A DNA stretch of 63,942 nt, filler included, from Octopus bimaculoides (Eukaryota), in the NCBI RefSeq assembly GCF_001194135.2. It is 7 parts of 6 records of this genome, joined end to end, with 100 filler letters (N's around TTAATTAATTAA, not from the genome) between each part and the next. Parts side by side here need not be neighbours in the genome. Positions count along the whole stretch, not along the records: positions 1 to 12,395 come from NC_068995.1; positions 12,496 to 28,025 come from NC_068992.1; 5 more parts are not named here. One strand, given 5' to 3'. Positions 1 through 13,807 of this stretch are shown here, piece after piece. The position numbers and the translations under genes were made by a program. Below the pieces are notes generated by a model. The model made no database searches. It saw only the letters and a program-made list of their open reading frames with translations, and had not been told where the DNA came from. Numbering within the stretch: position 1 is the stretch's first letter; every line of letters starts with the position of its first letter.

Positions 1-32
<32 letters not shown>

Positions 33-35
33 ATA

Positions 36-186
36 TGGCAGGTTTCCACACAGCTTCCCCCAAATCCACTTACAAGGGATTGCTCGGCCCCAAGCTATGG
101 TAAGAAACTCTTGCCCTCGAAGTGTCACACAGTGGAACTGGACTAGAAATCTCGTAGTTGTAAAGCGAGTCATTTGACCAAATAGC
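36..186 (-). mobile_element. Degenerate 5' half of tRNA-derived SINE family B
   Basis: Diverged match to the head of the full copies at 52070-52512 and 59864-60250 (CCAAATCCAC..CAAGG and CAGTGGAACTG segments). Confidence 0.55.
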
Positions 187-1575
187 ATTGCTTCTACCCA
201 AATGCACGCACTCACACACACACGCATGTACACGCATACACACTCACACATACATGTGTGTTTGTGTGTGTGTAAATATGGGGGTTAACTGAAATTAGTA
301 GTGCAGAGTGAGCGAAGTTAGCATATTCTAAAATGTTTTGATTAAAAATAGTTGAGATTTGCTATAATTACAACACTGGAAAACAAACCAGTATGTAGTA
401 GACGCCGAAAATTTTAAATTTTGTGTCTTTATTAAATAACGAAGGTAGCAAATTGGCATCGTCATTGTAATTTCTGTTTGAAATAATTTAAGAAAATATA
501 AGCAATTATACTGGTTTATCACATTCTACCAGTATATTGAATAAAGGCTGTTAGGATTATTTGAATATTAGAAAACGTATTATCAGTTATTTAATAGCGA
601 AGCTTAAAAATAGTTTATGCTGTTATAACTATGTAATATAGAGAAGTGTATGGCTGTATTTTAGGCAGATAAATAACTCTGTTAAATAACTGCATATGAA
701 AGTTAGATACCTGCATATGAAACATAGATAGTGATGTATATAAATTCGCGTTGGACAATATTAGAAACGATCCTGCAATGCAATATCAGGTAAGTGCAAG
801 AATGCAGAAGAGCAGCATGTTTTGTTTCTGACTCTGGATGGTTTTCAGAGTAAACAAAAGACCAAAACATTTGATAAATAAATGATGTCACCGCAATCAA
901 CGAACCAAACAACAATAGGTGACCGGAACGTATTTTAAACAAAAGTGACCAGAACAATATCTGTTTGGAACATAATTCAAGCAATTAATTCTCCTTCACA
1001 TAAAACGAAAGGACTTGTAAATAGAATAGTTATTATTTATTAAAATCTTCGTATCTAATTGCTAGCATAACTTAATGATTTGCAACCTGTTAAACAATCA
1101 AATTTCTATCATGTATTCTTTCTACAAAATTTATTGAGCATTTGATTTTTATCTTTCCTCTTTTACTGTGTAACTCATTGAATACTTGAATTTTGATCAT
1201 CTAATTTAGCTACGAAACCTATTGAACATTTGATTTTTAGCATGTTTTATCGCTACAGAACCTTTCCTCTGCATTCTCTTTCTTTCGAATTCAAATGTTC
1301 TTTATTCTATTTTATATTTACCATTGAAAAATAACAAAAACGATGTTGAAACCGGTATGGTATTTTAATAAGTTTTAAAAGATTAAAATAAAAACTACAA
1401 TTCGTTTTAAACCCAGGTTAATTTTCAATGCCAAAATGTATGTATGTGTGTGAATATGTGTGTGTGTGAGTTATGTGTGTGTGTGTGGATGACAATTTGC
1501 GTGTATCATATTCCTTCACAAGTCATTAGTCAGCCCAGGACTCCAGTTAAAGATATTTCACATACAAACACACAA

Positions 1576-1615
<40 letters not shown>

Positions 1616-1742
1616 CACACACACACACCACACACACACACACACACACACTCAAACATACATACGCGAAAAGATAACTACTTTTTACTGAAAACGACGA
1701 GTACAAGACGCAAATTAGATCAGCACAACAACAACAACAACA

Positions 1743-1795
<53 letters not shown>

Positions 1796-2333
1796 ATCCA
1801 AGTCACCATCTTCACTTTAAAGTATTAAAATGATACTCTTTTGACACTAATATGAGAATTTTTAAAAATTAGGAAACAATGTAATAAAATATGACGCTGG
1901 AAGTTACAACAAGGAGGAAAAGGGGGAAACGGGAGAAACTTCCTTTTCCCTCCTTCTCTTTCTGTTCCAACTCTGCACCTTATTGTCACTCTCCTCCCAG
2001 CTCTGTCATAGCATTGCCACCATTACAAAACATTTTGGTAAAACTAGGAGCTGAATTGGACCATATGAGCTTGAATGGTTTAGGTAGATATTGTTTTGAG
2101 TAGACATTGTTTTTTGTGTTTTTATCTTATTGATCTGGTTGTTGTAGTTGCTGTTATTCTCGTGGACCATGGGCTCGTATTTGGGTATGTAGAGCGTGGT
2201 GAAGCGAAATCTATCCTTTCTCCTCTGCAACTCAGCTAATTTTCATTTTGTTGTTCGTTTGTATCGTGAACGCACAAACATATATACATGGAGAAACATA
2301 AATGTATATAGATATACACACACACGCGCGCAC

Positions 2334-2540
2334 GCAGGGAAAGAAAGAATTTTTGTCAGTGAACAGGTCGCTGTTTCAAAGCGACGAAAATATTTTGACA
2401 AACTAAATTTAAATGTTGAAGTGAATCTAACGGTTTTTGTGTGTTTTTAAATGGCTTATAAACATCTTTCTCGCTGCAATTGTTTTCTTTTCAGCATACG
2501 GTCTCAGATCAAGTCATTTGCTATGCAAGTACATCTCCCT
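2334..2540 (+). repeat. Unclassified interspersed repeat, family F copy 1
   Basis: About 200 bp that align to the reverse complement of 20971-21167 (GTCAGTGAACAGGTCGC..AAATTTAAATGTTGAAGTGAATCTAACGG..TTGCTATGCAAGT). Confidence 0.8.
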
Positions 2541-3013
2541 ATATATATATATATATATATATACCGTGTTCTATTATAAAAACATTAATTCGGAAAAGTA
2601 CGCTCTAAGAAGTAGAGCAGTCTACATTAATTATTGATGAACGCCGGTTTGTAGGGTTACCCTGGGTTTCTCGCAATATATATATATATATATATATATA
2701 TGCATACATATATATACGTATACATATGTATAATGTATTTTATATGTTTCCGGACAATTTCTTTTCATGAAGTTTTAATGAATGTGGAACACTGTAGGGT
2801 GGAACCGGAAACCCAGCGATTATGCGACAAACCTCTTAACGAGACAGCCATACTTGTCATTGCAATATATAAACAAATATGCATACATGCATACACGAGT
2901 GTATATGTGTAAATGTACATGTATGTATATGTGTATTAAACATATATGGATACATACGCGCACATACACACGCACATGTATGCATCTCTGTATATGTATG
3001 TATGTATGTATGA

Positions 3014-3152
3014 TATCCCCGAGAACTACGTTAAGGGTACACATGTCTGTGGAATGCTCAGCCACTTGCACGTTAATTTCATGAGCAGGCTGTTCCGTTG
3101 ATCGGATCAACTGGAACCCTCGACGTCGTAAGCGACGGAATACCAACAACAA
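3014..3152 (+). mobile_element. 3' fragment of CORE-like SINE family D
   Basis: GAGAACTACGTTAAGGGTACAC..GATCGGATCAACTGGAACCCTCG tail shared with 37217-37520 and 61024-61412; the copy at 12611-12939 shares the first part. Confidence 0.85.
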
Positions 3153-4610
3153 TGTATGTATGTATGTATGTATGTATGTATGTATGTATGTATGTATGTA
3201 TGCATGCATATGTACATGTATGTATGTATGTATGTATGTATGTATGTATGTATTATACATATATACATACTTTGTTACAAGTGTTAGTCATGGGACTGTA
3301 ACTGTGGTGGGATGCCATATTTGAAGTCTTTTATAAGTGGAAACAAAAATAAACAAATAATTAAATACATAACATCATAACAACATTATACAACGAAAGC
3401 TTCGGTATTGAAAATGAAAATAAAAAAAAAACATAAATAAGTTTAAAAGAAGGGTAAACATATATGCTGTTGTGAGATTGTAAAATTGAACAGTCGATTG
3501 TAGTTTAGCAGCCAGGAAATTACAGATTCAAATGGGAAATCTTCAAAGTAAGAGAGAGAATTGAACACCAGGGAATTTCCTATTCCGTTCAAAGTAGGGG
3601 GTCAATAAGAACTCTTGCAAAAATGGGTATTCAAGGGATAGAAGCTATCAAAATATATCATGTAGTTATGCAGAAGTTTGATATGATAAAATAAATTTTA
3701 ATTTAATACAGGTATTATATTTCAAAGCTAATTAACTTGAAACAAAAAATATTTAAGGTATAAATTAAGCAGAAATTCAATATTTGAAACGGTTTAAAAA
3801 TTTAAAAAGTGCCCTCCCCACCACCATCTCTCATTATTTAAATCACTCGCGACACAGAGCAAATTAACCCGTGGCGAGTTGGTCGGTAAATAATGATAAT
3901 GCTAAATAAAAAAATTGAAAAATACCAAAATTTCATGATTGATTAAAATTAACAGCAGTTATATTCATATATGGTGAAAACGGAATATTACGAAAGGATA
4001 TCGAGAAAAATTAATAATTATGAATTACAAAAAAAAAAAAATAATTATAATAATTATAAAATAAAACTTCACATTGTACACGCAAACATATATAACTAAT
4101 TTATTGTAATAGACATCGATAAAGTATAGGTTAGTGTTGTTCAAGAGATATCACAGACGTAAATCAAGTGTTCATAATTATAGATAAACATGGAAGTACA
4201 AACGCATGACAATAAACGTTTATAACCACAATTTGATAAATATCTAGTTATTTAAATAAGAAGACATTACTACATATTTCTCCGTCTCTGCATAAAGACA
4301 ATATATTAATAGGGCCGGACAAATTCACCCAATTTACTCGCTACAATTCATACTTAAAGAATACACAAAAACTTGATTTTGATATATTAATACTCCGATA
4401 ACACCACACGCACACACACACACACACACACACTATATTAGTTTGGGCTAATTATTTTACAATGTTAATTTATTATCTCTTCCTTATTTAAAATGAATTA
4501 TGAATTAGACTAATTTTTACCCAATACATTTATTAAATATTTCTATCAACATACAAAATCGTTGTTCATTTTCTACTTTACTCTTTTCAATTTGCATTAA
4601 TTACAATAGA

Positions 4611-4779
4611 GGTTTCAAATTTTAGCACAAAGCCAGTAAGTTCGAGGGAGGGAGTAAGTCGATTACAGCGACACCAGTGCTCAACGGGTACTTATTCTAT
4701 TGACCCCGAAAGAATACAACTGAAGTCGACCTCGGCGACATTTAACCTCAGAACGTAAAGATTCAGCCAGCTCACCGCT
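4611..4779 (-). mobile_element. tRNA-derived SINE family A, internally deleted
   Basis: AAGTCGACCTCGGC core and GGTTTCAAATTTT(A/G)GCACAA tail shared with many copies. Confidence 0.8.
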
Positions 4780-5014
4780 CTACATACAAAATATAATATT
4801 AACTTTTAAATTTCCAAATGCCTAGTACTGATAAGATGCAATAATATCAAAACAGTTGTGTCTCCAAATATTTAGAGAGTATATATTGCAGTGGAAACTA
4901 AACTGAATATTCTGGAAATGGTATATTTAATTAATGCGAGAGTATATAATATTAACAGGACGGAGTATTTTAGTCTCTTCGGAAACAAAAACATTCACGT
5001 TGTTCTTTGGCATG

Positions 5015-5073
<59 letters not shown>

Positions 5074-5092
5074 CGCGCGCACACATATAAAT

Positions 5093-5135
<43 letters not shown>

Positions 5136-6928
5136 GAGACAGAGAAGAGAAGGAAAGGAATACATAAACAAAGACAATATACAGCACAAGCTAAAGACTA
5201 GTATGTATGTTTTTGACTTTAGGAAGTACCAGAATATAGCGTGTCATGTCATGTGATAAGTTAGGAGAATTCTTCTCTGGTTATTTTCTAAAACAACAAA
5301 TAAATAAATCAATGGACACAATATATTTGCTCTCAGGGTTTCCGCCTGTGTATGCATGTAGGTATGCTTGTGTATATGTATACTTTTCTAAACATGTATA
5401 TATCTGTGGATGAATATGGTTATACGCATGTGTGTTCATGTCTATGGGTTTGTGTGTATGGACGAAGATGTTTATGAATGTGTACTTATAAAGAAAAATG
5501 TGTAATCTATACTTTTCTGTAGCCATAATGTCTGTCTCTTCAGTAAAAGCAAAGCCCGACCTATTTCTCTTTATTCTTCTTATGATGTACAACGTCTAGT
5601 GGTGCTACCAAAAATAACGGTCAACGGAAATAAACTCAGAGGAAACAAAATTACAGTAAAAAATAAAAAATAAAACAGAATTATAGTTCGGAAAAAATGC
5701 CCAATGTTACATGCATTATTCAGATAGCCCAAGTAATGGCGATAATGATTGGACAAATGCGACTTTAAGTCGCTTGTAGCTATCAATATATGATTTGTTC
5801 ATAATGACAACGCGATCTTGTACAAAATTGTGGCTAAGGAAGTATATCTCTATATGTTACTGAAACCCTCAACAAACTTTCTGAATTAATCTAAAATGAT
5901 AATGAAACCTTTCAAAAATCTAATACAAACATTACTTTAATTACATTTTAAACGTCATGAATGAGCAAAACCCGTTTGTTTCTCTTTTTCTTTCTCTCCA
6001 ATCATCTCGTGTCCTTTTCCCGTCCCTATAATGGAACTTTATGTGTGTGTGTGTGTTCGCGCGTACGTGCGCGTGAGTGCGTGTGTGTGGCAGAAGCCCT
6101 CAATCGTGAGGTTCATCTGATCTTTGCATAATAAGTAGTTGATGAGGGTTGAAATATTTTCTAGCTCTGAATGAAGGACGAGATAATTATGGCTGAAACG
6201 CCTTCTACTATAGACACGATGGTTCAAAGCAGATCTGCTGCTAAACAACAGAAACAACTTATACTACTGTTGAAAAGGATATGAATTTTACAGTCTCCTA
6301 CCTCATTCTCTTTAAAATTCTCACCATTTTCGTATCGTCATCTAAAGCTTTCTTCCTAATTAATATGCTATGACATATAGAAAATTATACCTGAAAGAAA
6401 CTTACAATCAAAATTTGTAAAAATATCTTTAATTTCTCTATTAACCCATTTATTTATGCCATAAGAAGAAAAGTGCTACCTTTAGTTTCTTCAAATCTGG
6501 TGCTTTTCATTTCTCCTACTCTGGTTCCTTTAGAACATTACGCCTCGTACCTTATTACTTCATGTCTGGTACCTCTCATTTCCTTTATTCTCGTTTCTTT
6601 AGATCTTTACACCTGGTATCTTGTTTTTTTATGTCAGAACCTTTGCTTTCTAAACCTTGGTGCCTTTAGTTTTTTTATAAGGTAGGTAGATATCCTACAA
6701 CAAAGTAACTGAAATCAATCTAGATTCCAGTTTAAAATGGCATACTGAAATTGTCTCCAGGTCAACTAGAAGGACTCAATTTCAGTATTGCGAGTTAATG
6801 ATACGCAACTTGATTGTGCAGACCCTAAAAATAGGAAGGACCCCCATTTGGTAATATAAATTCTAGTAGGACTTGCCTCAAAAAATGTGTTTGTGTATGT
6901 GTGTGTGTTTGTGTGTGTGTATGTGTGT

Positions 6929-7082
6929 GTGGCTTTGTGGTAAGAAGCTTGCCTTCCAACCACATCGTTCGGGGTTCAGTTCCACTGTGTGACACCTTAG
7001 ACAAGTGTCTTCTACTACAGCCTCGTGCCGGCCAAAGTTTTTTGAGTGGATTTGGTAGACGGAAACCGAAGGAAGTCCGTTG
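6929..7082 (+). mobile_element. SINE family B 5' half
   Basis: TGTGGTAAGAAGCTTGC..GGGGTTCAGTTCCACTG head with A/B-box-like motifs, then GACAAGTGTCTTCTACT..GGATTTGGTAGACGGAAAC, ending at a (TATG)n tract. Confidence 0.85.
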
Positions 7083-8294
7083 TATGTATGTATGCATGCA
7101 TGCATGCATGTACGTATGTATGTATGTATGTATGTATGTATCTATGTATGTATGTATGAACCCTGAACAATGTGGTTAGAAAGCAAGCTTCTTACCACAC
7201 AGCTCCCCCCACACTAGATTTATATACATGATGGTCATGACTGGAATATCTTTATTCTAAATTTAGTTGATAGCGGCTGACCTAGGCTTAAAAGACAATA
7301 ACAGTATTGAGAGTATATAAAAGAGAATATCAATCAGTCGTTGTCAGTTTTTGGTATTTTGAACTGTGAAATGACACATTAGTGAAATATACTCCTGTTG
7401 GAACTATTTTAGTCATCAACATGGCCTTCTCAACCATCATACACAAACACACACACATACACACAGACATACACATACACACATGCAAGCTTCTTAGACA
7501 CACACGCACAAATGCACATACACACGCATACATACATATAAATATACATCTATGCATGTATGTGTGTGTACATATATGTATGTCTATATATATGTGTGTG
7601 TATGTACGTATGTATGTACATACAGACATAGACATGCCCATATGCATATAGGCATAGCCGGACACATACACTATTTGTCTCACACATACACATGTACAAG
7701 ATATAATCTGCTCTGGTGACAGCTGCGTCTGGGTATCATAGGCACTCAACAACAACAACAACAACTACGGAACAGCAATAGAAGTTGTAAAGGTTGCATT
7801 TTGCTTTATACTGAAGTGAACAGTTTGACCTTTACTTAATTAAAGGATGTGCAGACACAGTGTTAGGGGTGTGAGCAATGTAGGGTAGCGCATATCTAGC
7901 TTACACAAGCCTTTATCTCTACAAATACTGCCAACAGTCGACGGCGAAGGTCAGATTGGCATTTCAACATCCTGGACTAAATTTATTATTTTCTAAGTTA
8001 GTGTTAATTTATTTAATAGGTGAAACGTTAAAAAGCTTATTTAGAAATAAATATGCGCTAAGCGAGGAAAAAAAAGTAGAAAGAAAAGAAAAAACAATAT
8101 CTATTAATGAATAGTATTTTTTTATCCCTAGTTCCAGATAACTTCGGGCATGTTTTCGACTTATTGTGACCTCATTAGTGAAGCATGGCCTTCACCGTGT
8201 TTCTTTTAGTTTTGATTTTTATGTTTCCCTGCATTTATGAACAGACATTTTCGTTAGATATTTGTGTTTTGAAAGAGAGCTAACAGGCTAATAA

Positions 8295-8334
<40 letters not shown>

Positions 8335-8631
8335 TAGTAAATAGAATTATTTAGAAATCGAATTGCTCAGGAATAACATCCACTTAGAAAAACAATAGTG
8401 AAATTGCGGAGATACACTTGTCAGGCAAGTCATTTGATCTGAGAACATGTGTTGAAGCTAAAACAATTACAGCGTGGAATACATATATTGAACCATTCAA
8501 AAGTTGTTAACTTCACTTACATATCTATAATTTGGTGTTAAAATTTTCGTCGTACTATCTGTGAGCTAGTCTCTGACACGGTCCCGCTGCAACGCTAGTA
8601 AAATTAGTCTTCAATATATGTAAGATATAAA

Positions 8632-8843
8632 ACGGCGTGCTGGCAGAATCGTTAGCACGTCGGGCAAAATACTTAGCGACATTTCGTCTGTTTTTACATT
8701 CTGAATTCAAATTCCGCCAAGGTCGGCCTTGTCTTTCATCCTGTCGAGTCGATAAAATAAGTACCAGTTGAGAACTGGGATCGATGTAATCGACTTACCC
8801 GCATCCCGAAGTTTCCGACTTTGTGCCAAAATTTGAAATTAAT
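8632..8843 (+). mobile_element. SINE family A, near full length
   Basis: GCTGGCAGAATCGTTAGCAC head, TTCAAATTCC B-box-like motif, tail TTGTGCCAAAATTTGAAA. Confidence 0.9.
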
Positions 8844-9749
8844 GTATGTAATATATGGAGCATTAGCTACAAAGGCAACTTTTTATTCCTTGTCTCCACA
8901 GTAGAAGGACTCACTGGGTTTAGTCTGGATAAAATCGTTTTAGTTAACGACTGCGAAATGGGGTTGGTCATGTTGAAAAGATGTAAAAAATGTCAACTAA
9001 GAGGTCACCGTTTCATATCCTGTCACGACCGTATTGCCTTTACCCCTAGGATGTTGTGTAGGATAGGATAGTTCACTACTGCAGGTAGCTGGAGCATTGT
9101 AAATAGGTAGATACTTCATTAACTTGCCCTGCTGAGCACATCTTTTCGCATGGCTGGGAACAGTTTCAGCCATGTGGAAAGCGACTCGCCCACATTTGAC
9201 AATGTGTATGTGTGTATGTATGTTTGTATGTATGTATGTATGTATGTATGTGTATGTGTGTGTGCGTGTGTATGTATGTATGTATGTATGTATGCATGCA
9301 TATATGTATTAATGACTTGTAGGGACACGGTATTTCGTTATGCAACCATATGCTACAAAGTATATTAAACGTTTTTATAAGTCGAAACCGTGTACCACTG
9401 TGTTAGCAATGCTCTTAAACCACGTGTTAAAGTCATCTCTACAGATTTCTATAGAAATTATAGCCAGCACTGAATTTGTTGCGACGTTTCGTATCCGAGA
9501 CGTCAGATGTTTATCCATTATTTCATCTTCGATGTGGTTGTTGTCACCTGACGTGTCGGATACGAAACGTTGTAACACAATCAGCTTCCAAGGATGCTTA
9601 ATATGTAAATTGATATATCCAATAACGTTACACTGCTATATGTCGCGGCTATTTAAGCAATGAGTTCGTGGATGATGAATAGGTTGGATGGATGCTGATT
9701 AAGGAGCAAAAACTCCCGAAATATGTCATATACGCTCGTTACACATTTT

Positions 9750-10624
9750 TTCATTGTTTATCTAGTTGTTTGTTTTACAGCTGATAGCATTGCAAAGAGT
9801 CTTTGCAACTATATCATGCCTCAGGGGCAGGTAGTATCTCGTAAACATTTTGAGGCAGCTGCTGGTGATATGAGTGATATCTTCCACACTGGTATAGCAG
9901 AGCCGGCATTTTAAAATTTTTTTATCACTGCGTTGAAGTTTGGTGGTTTCTTTGTCCTTCTTGCTTATTAGGTATTTAGTAACTATCTCTTGTTCCTGGA
10001 TAATTCTTTCTACTAAAGGCATAAGGCCTGAAATTTGCGGGGAGAGGACTAGCCGATTACTGGTACTTTATTTATTGACTCCGAAAGGATGAAAGACAAA
10101 GTCGACCTCGGCGGAATTAAGCTCAGAACGTAGCGACGGGCGAAATAACGCTAAGCATTTTGTCCAGCGTACTAACAATTTTGCCAGCACGCCACCATTT
10201 TGTTCCTGGATAGCGAAGGCATATCCTTCTAGGTGGGATTTAATGTATCTATTATTATCCAGGTGTGGCTACTCTTCTTGGCAATGCTGTTATTGCCCTC
10301 AAGCTTATGGGGTATGTACCCATGCACTGCTTTTTTATTTGGTATGATGCCTACTTCTCCTCCAAGCTAATGCTTAGGTAGGGCAGTCCGGCCTCCTTTG
10401 GGTCGCATGAGACAGTTGTATTCTGAGAATACTTACGCAGTAGTTCTTCTCCAACAACGATGTTCTCACCTTTGAGTTTCCATGGAATATGCTAATTTCT
10501 TCCTTTACAGTTCAGCAGGTGTTGTCTGAGCGATACAATGCCACATTTAAAGGCTTTTTGGACAGACCTTATGCCTCTGTCACTATCACTTGTCTCACAT
10601 AAATCTTCAGTGTCGCTGTTAAAG

Positions 10625-10658
<34 letters not shown>

Positions 10659-10990
10659 TGTATGTATGTATGTATGTATGTTTGTATGTATGTATGTATG
10701 TATGTACGTATGTACGTATGTATGCATGTACGTATCCATGTATGTATGCATCTATGCATGTGTATATGCAAATATGTATGTTTGTATATATGTTTATATG
10801 TATGTTTATATGATGTATGCATGCATGTATGTATGTGTATGTGTGTGAGTGTGCGTGTGCGTGTGTGTATGAATTTTTATTATCATGTATGAATGCATAT
10901 ATTAGTACAAGCTTGTATTTATCATGTTGCGAGTTCGGTATCAATCTGTGACATTCGTCTTTTGTCAAAGTACCGAGGTGGCACAAATCT
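9750..10990 (-). pseudogene. Decayed RLE-type (R4/Dong-like) non-LTR retrotransposon ORF
   Basis: KCRLCYTSVEDITHITSSC is a Cx2Cx8Hx4C knuckle followed by RYYLPLRHD, as in restriction-like-endonuclease non-LTR elements. The upstream fragment RGIRSVQKAFKCGIVSLRQHLLN is RT-thumb-like. Interrupted by a SINE and a (TATG)n tract. Confidence 0.75.
10003..10199 (-). mobile_element. SINE family A inserted in the RLE LINE, with 13-bp TSD
   Basis: TSD TTGTTCCTGGATA at 9990-10002 and 10200-10212. Confidence 0.9.
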
Positions 10991-12322
10991 TTTGACTGAA
11001 ATTAGGTAACCGGAAACTATATCAGGTGGCCTGGAGAAATCTGGAAACTATATCAGATTGCCAGGTGAGACCTGCGCGTAATGAGAAGGACCAGCCTTAT
11101 GACACACTGTGCTACTGGGTACATTCTGCATTGGGACTGGAACGCTCAGCCACTCGAAACTGCCAGTTAAGTTAGTTGAACTAAAGGAATCCGTATTACT
11201 GACGGAGATTCATTTTCCTGCATGTATGTATGTATGTATGTATGTATGTATGTATGTATGTACGTATGTGTGTATGTATGTATGTANNNNNNNNNNNNNN
11301 NNNNNNNNNNNNNNNNNNNNNNNNNNNNNNNNNNNNNNNNNNNNNNNNNNNNNNNNNNNNNNNNNNNNNNNNNNNNNNNNNNNNNNNNNNNNNNNNNNNN
11401 NNNNNNNNNNNNNNNNNNNNNNNNNNNNNNNNNNNNNNNNNNNNNNNNNNNNNNNNNNNNNNNNNNNNNNNNNNNNNNNNNNNNNNNNNNNNNNNNNNNN
11501 NNNNNNNNNNNNNNNNNNNNNNNNNNNNNNNNNNNNNNNNNNNNNNNNNNNNNNNNNNNNNNNNNNNNNNNNNNNNNNNNNNNNNNNNNNNNNNATTCAA
11601 ATAAAGGTTACAAACCTCATTAAGGGATAATAAAACCAATGAATAAACTGGTATATTACCTATTACAAGAAGTATTGAATATTACAATTAATATTCAAAG
11701 CCGTAAGGTAACTGGATAAACCAGAGTTTATATATATTTTGAAGAAAAAAAAAGAAAAGAAATATGGTTAATAGATATGATAATTATTTATCAATTTTAT
11801 GATCTCTCTATTTTTTTTCTTATACACACACACATACACAGACACACATACACAGACACACATACACGCACATATATATTAACATCCAGTGCTATGAGAG
11901 AGTCGTCTCTAGAGCGCTGTAACGTAGCAAATCGGCATACAAGCAAAACACATACATTGTGTATATGCGGTCGATAAAGTTACAACACTAGCGCTGCTTT
12001 GAATTAATAGTTGGAATTTATCTTACTTAAACATCGTCGTGGCATGCTAGCAAATGGTTCTTATTTCTATTTCTATGTAGTCATAGACTAGCGATTCAGT
12101 CCTTCCCCAGTTCGATCAAGTATGTGATGTTCCTGAACCACAAAAATAACAAAATATCGATATCTGTCACTCCTGGATGAGACTGGAGCCGAGTCGTCTC
12201 GCCTGTCTATGACTTTCAGGCGTTTTAACAACCATTGATATGAGTGAGTCGTCCCCAGAGCACAGTGATGCAGTGAACTGGCGAACTAGCGAAACACATA
12301 CACTGAGTATATGCGATCGATA

Positions 12323-12395
<73 letters not shown>

Positions 12396-12439
12396 NNNNN
12401 NNNNNNNNNNNNNNNNNNNNNNNNNNNNNNNNNNNNNNN

Positions 12440-12451
12440 TTAATTAATTAA
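12440..12451. other. Scaffolding placeholder TTAATTAATTAA inside a 100-bp gap
   Basis: Identical 44N+TTAATTAATTAA+44N blocks also at 28070-28081, 51045-51056, 56672-56683, 60536-60547 and 62832-62843. Assembly artefact. Confidence 0.97.
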
Positions 12452-12495
12452 NNNNNNNNNNNNNNNNNNNNNNNNNNNNNNNNNNNNNNNNNNNN

Positions 12496-12530
<35 letters not shown>

Positions 12531-12610
12531 GTATACACACGTACACACACACATAAATACATACATGCATACATGCACATTATATACACGAATACACACT
12601 CTGACGCTTA

Positions 12611-12939
12611 CACAGCCTGCTTGTGTAATTAACATACAAGTGGCTGAGCACTCCACAGACACGTGTACCCTTAACGTAGTTCTTGGGGATATTCAGCGTG
12701 ACACAGTGTGACAAGCCTAACCCTTTTGAATTACAGGCACAACAGAAACAGGAAGTAAGAGTGAGAGAAAGCTGCGGTAAAAGGGTACAGCAGGGTTCGA
12801 CACCATTCTCTGCTGGAGCCTCGTGGAGCTTTAGATGTTTTCGCTCAATAAACACTCACAACGCCCGGTCTGGGAATCGAAACGGCAATCCTATGACCGC
12901 GAGTCCGCTGCCCTAACCACTGGGCCTTTGCGCCTCCAC
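12611..12939 (-). mobile_element. CORE-like SINE family D
   Basis: tRNA-like head (reverse complement of GGGAATCGAA..CCCTAACCACTGGGCC); body closely matches 61024-61412. Confidence 0.9.
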
Positions 12940-13039
12940 ACGAATACCCTCAAGCACACATATATTCACATTGAATTTCTTATGCGTGTTCGGATATATG
13001 TTATCGTTATATAAATTATGCGCAATGTCGTTGTTCTTG

Positions 13040-13790
13040 CAGAAGCTGCTTTTCCTGTTGTTGTTGTTGTTGTTGTTATTGATGGTTGTTGTTGTTGTTG
13101 TTGCTATTATTACTGCTGCAGGTGTTGCTGCAGATATACTTACCGCTGCTGTTCCTCCGGTCCGTGAGAAGATAGCTCGAACTTCACTTTAATCCTTCAG
13201 TATTATGATAATCTTGATAAATCCCCACTACAAACAAACAGTTCAGTCGAACATGCCGGTCTTGTACCGTTCACATCTCAATTGCTATTGTTGTTGTTGA
13301 TGTTCTTATTGGTGGTGGTGTTGATGGCGGCGGTGGTGGTGGTAGTGGTGGTGGTGGTGGTTGGCGCATTGATAATATTAGTGCTAATAATGCTGCTTTT
13401 TATCATGGTGGTGATCGCTTGTGGTGATGAGTATATTGATGATGTCGGTGGTAGTACTGATGGTGGTAGTGATGGTGATAATACTGATTCTGATGGTGGT
13501 GGTGGTGGTGGTGGTGGTAGAGGTGGTGGTAGTGGTGGTGGCGGCGGTGGTGGTGATGGTGGTGCTGGGGATTTCTGGTATTGGTGATGGCGTGGGCTGT
13601 ACTGTTTGCCGTAATGGTGAATGCTTGCATTTGTGATGCTGTTAGTACCCTGGAGTTAACGGTAATAATGTTGATGGTATTGGCACTGGTGCTGGTGTTG
13701 GTGCTGGTGGTTATAATGGTTGCAATAAGGGTTGTAGTGTTTGTGGTGATGTTGGAAAGTTTGTGGGTATGATTGTGATGGTAGCGACAG
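13040..13790. repeat. Mosaic triplet microsatellites (GTT/GGT/GAT)
   Basis: Direct reading; these tracts generate the poly-V/G/H ORFs in the track. Confidence 0.9.
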
Positions 13791-13807
13791 TTTTAATATT
13801 GGGTTTC

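Noticed and set aside
727-788. Possible plus-strand exon (SDVYKFALDNIRNDPAMQYQ|GTAAGT)
   Set aside because: The donor is good but there is no polypyrimidine acceptor and no recognisable homology.
8140-8195. Hammerhead-like CTAATGAG..GTCGAAA on the minus strand
   Set aside because: The core is mutated and stem II does not pair.
8900-9071. Strong acceptor followed by VEGLTGFSLDKIVLVNDCEMG
   Set aside because: There is no convincing donor before the stop and no recognisable family.
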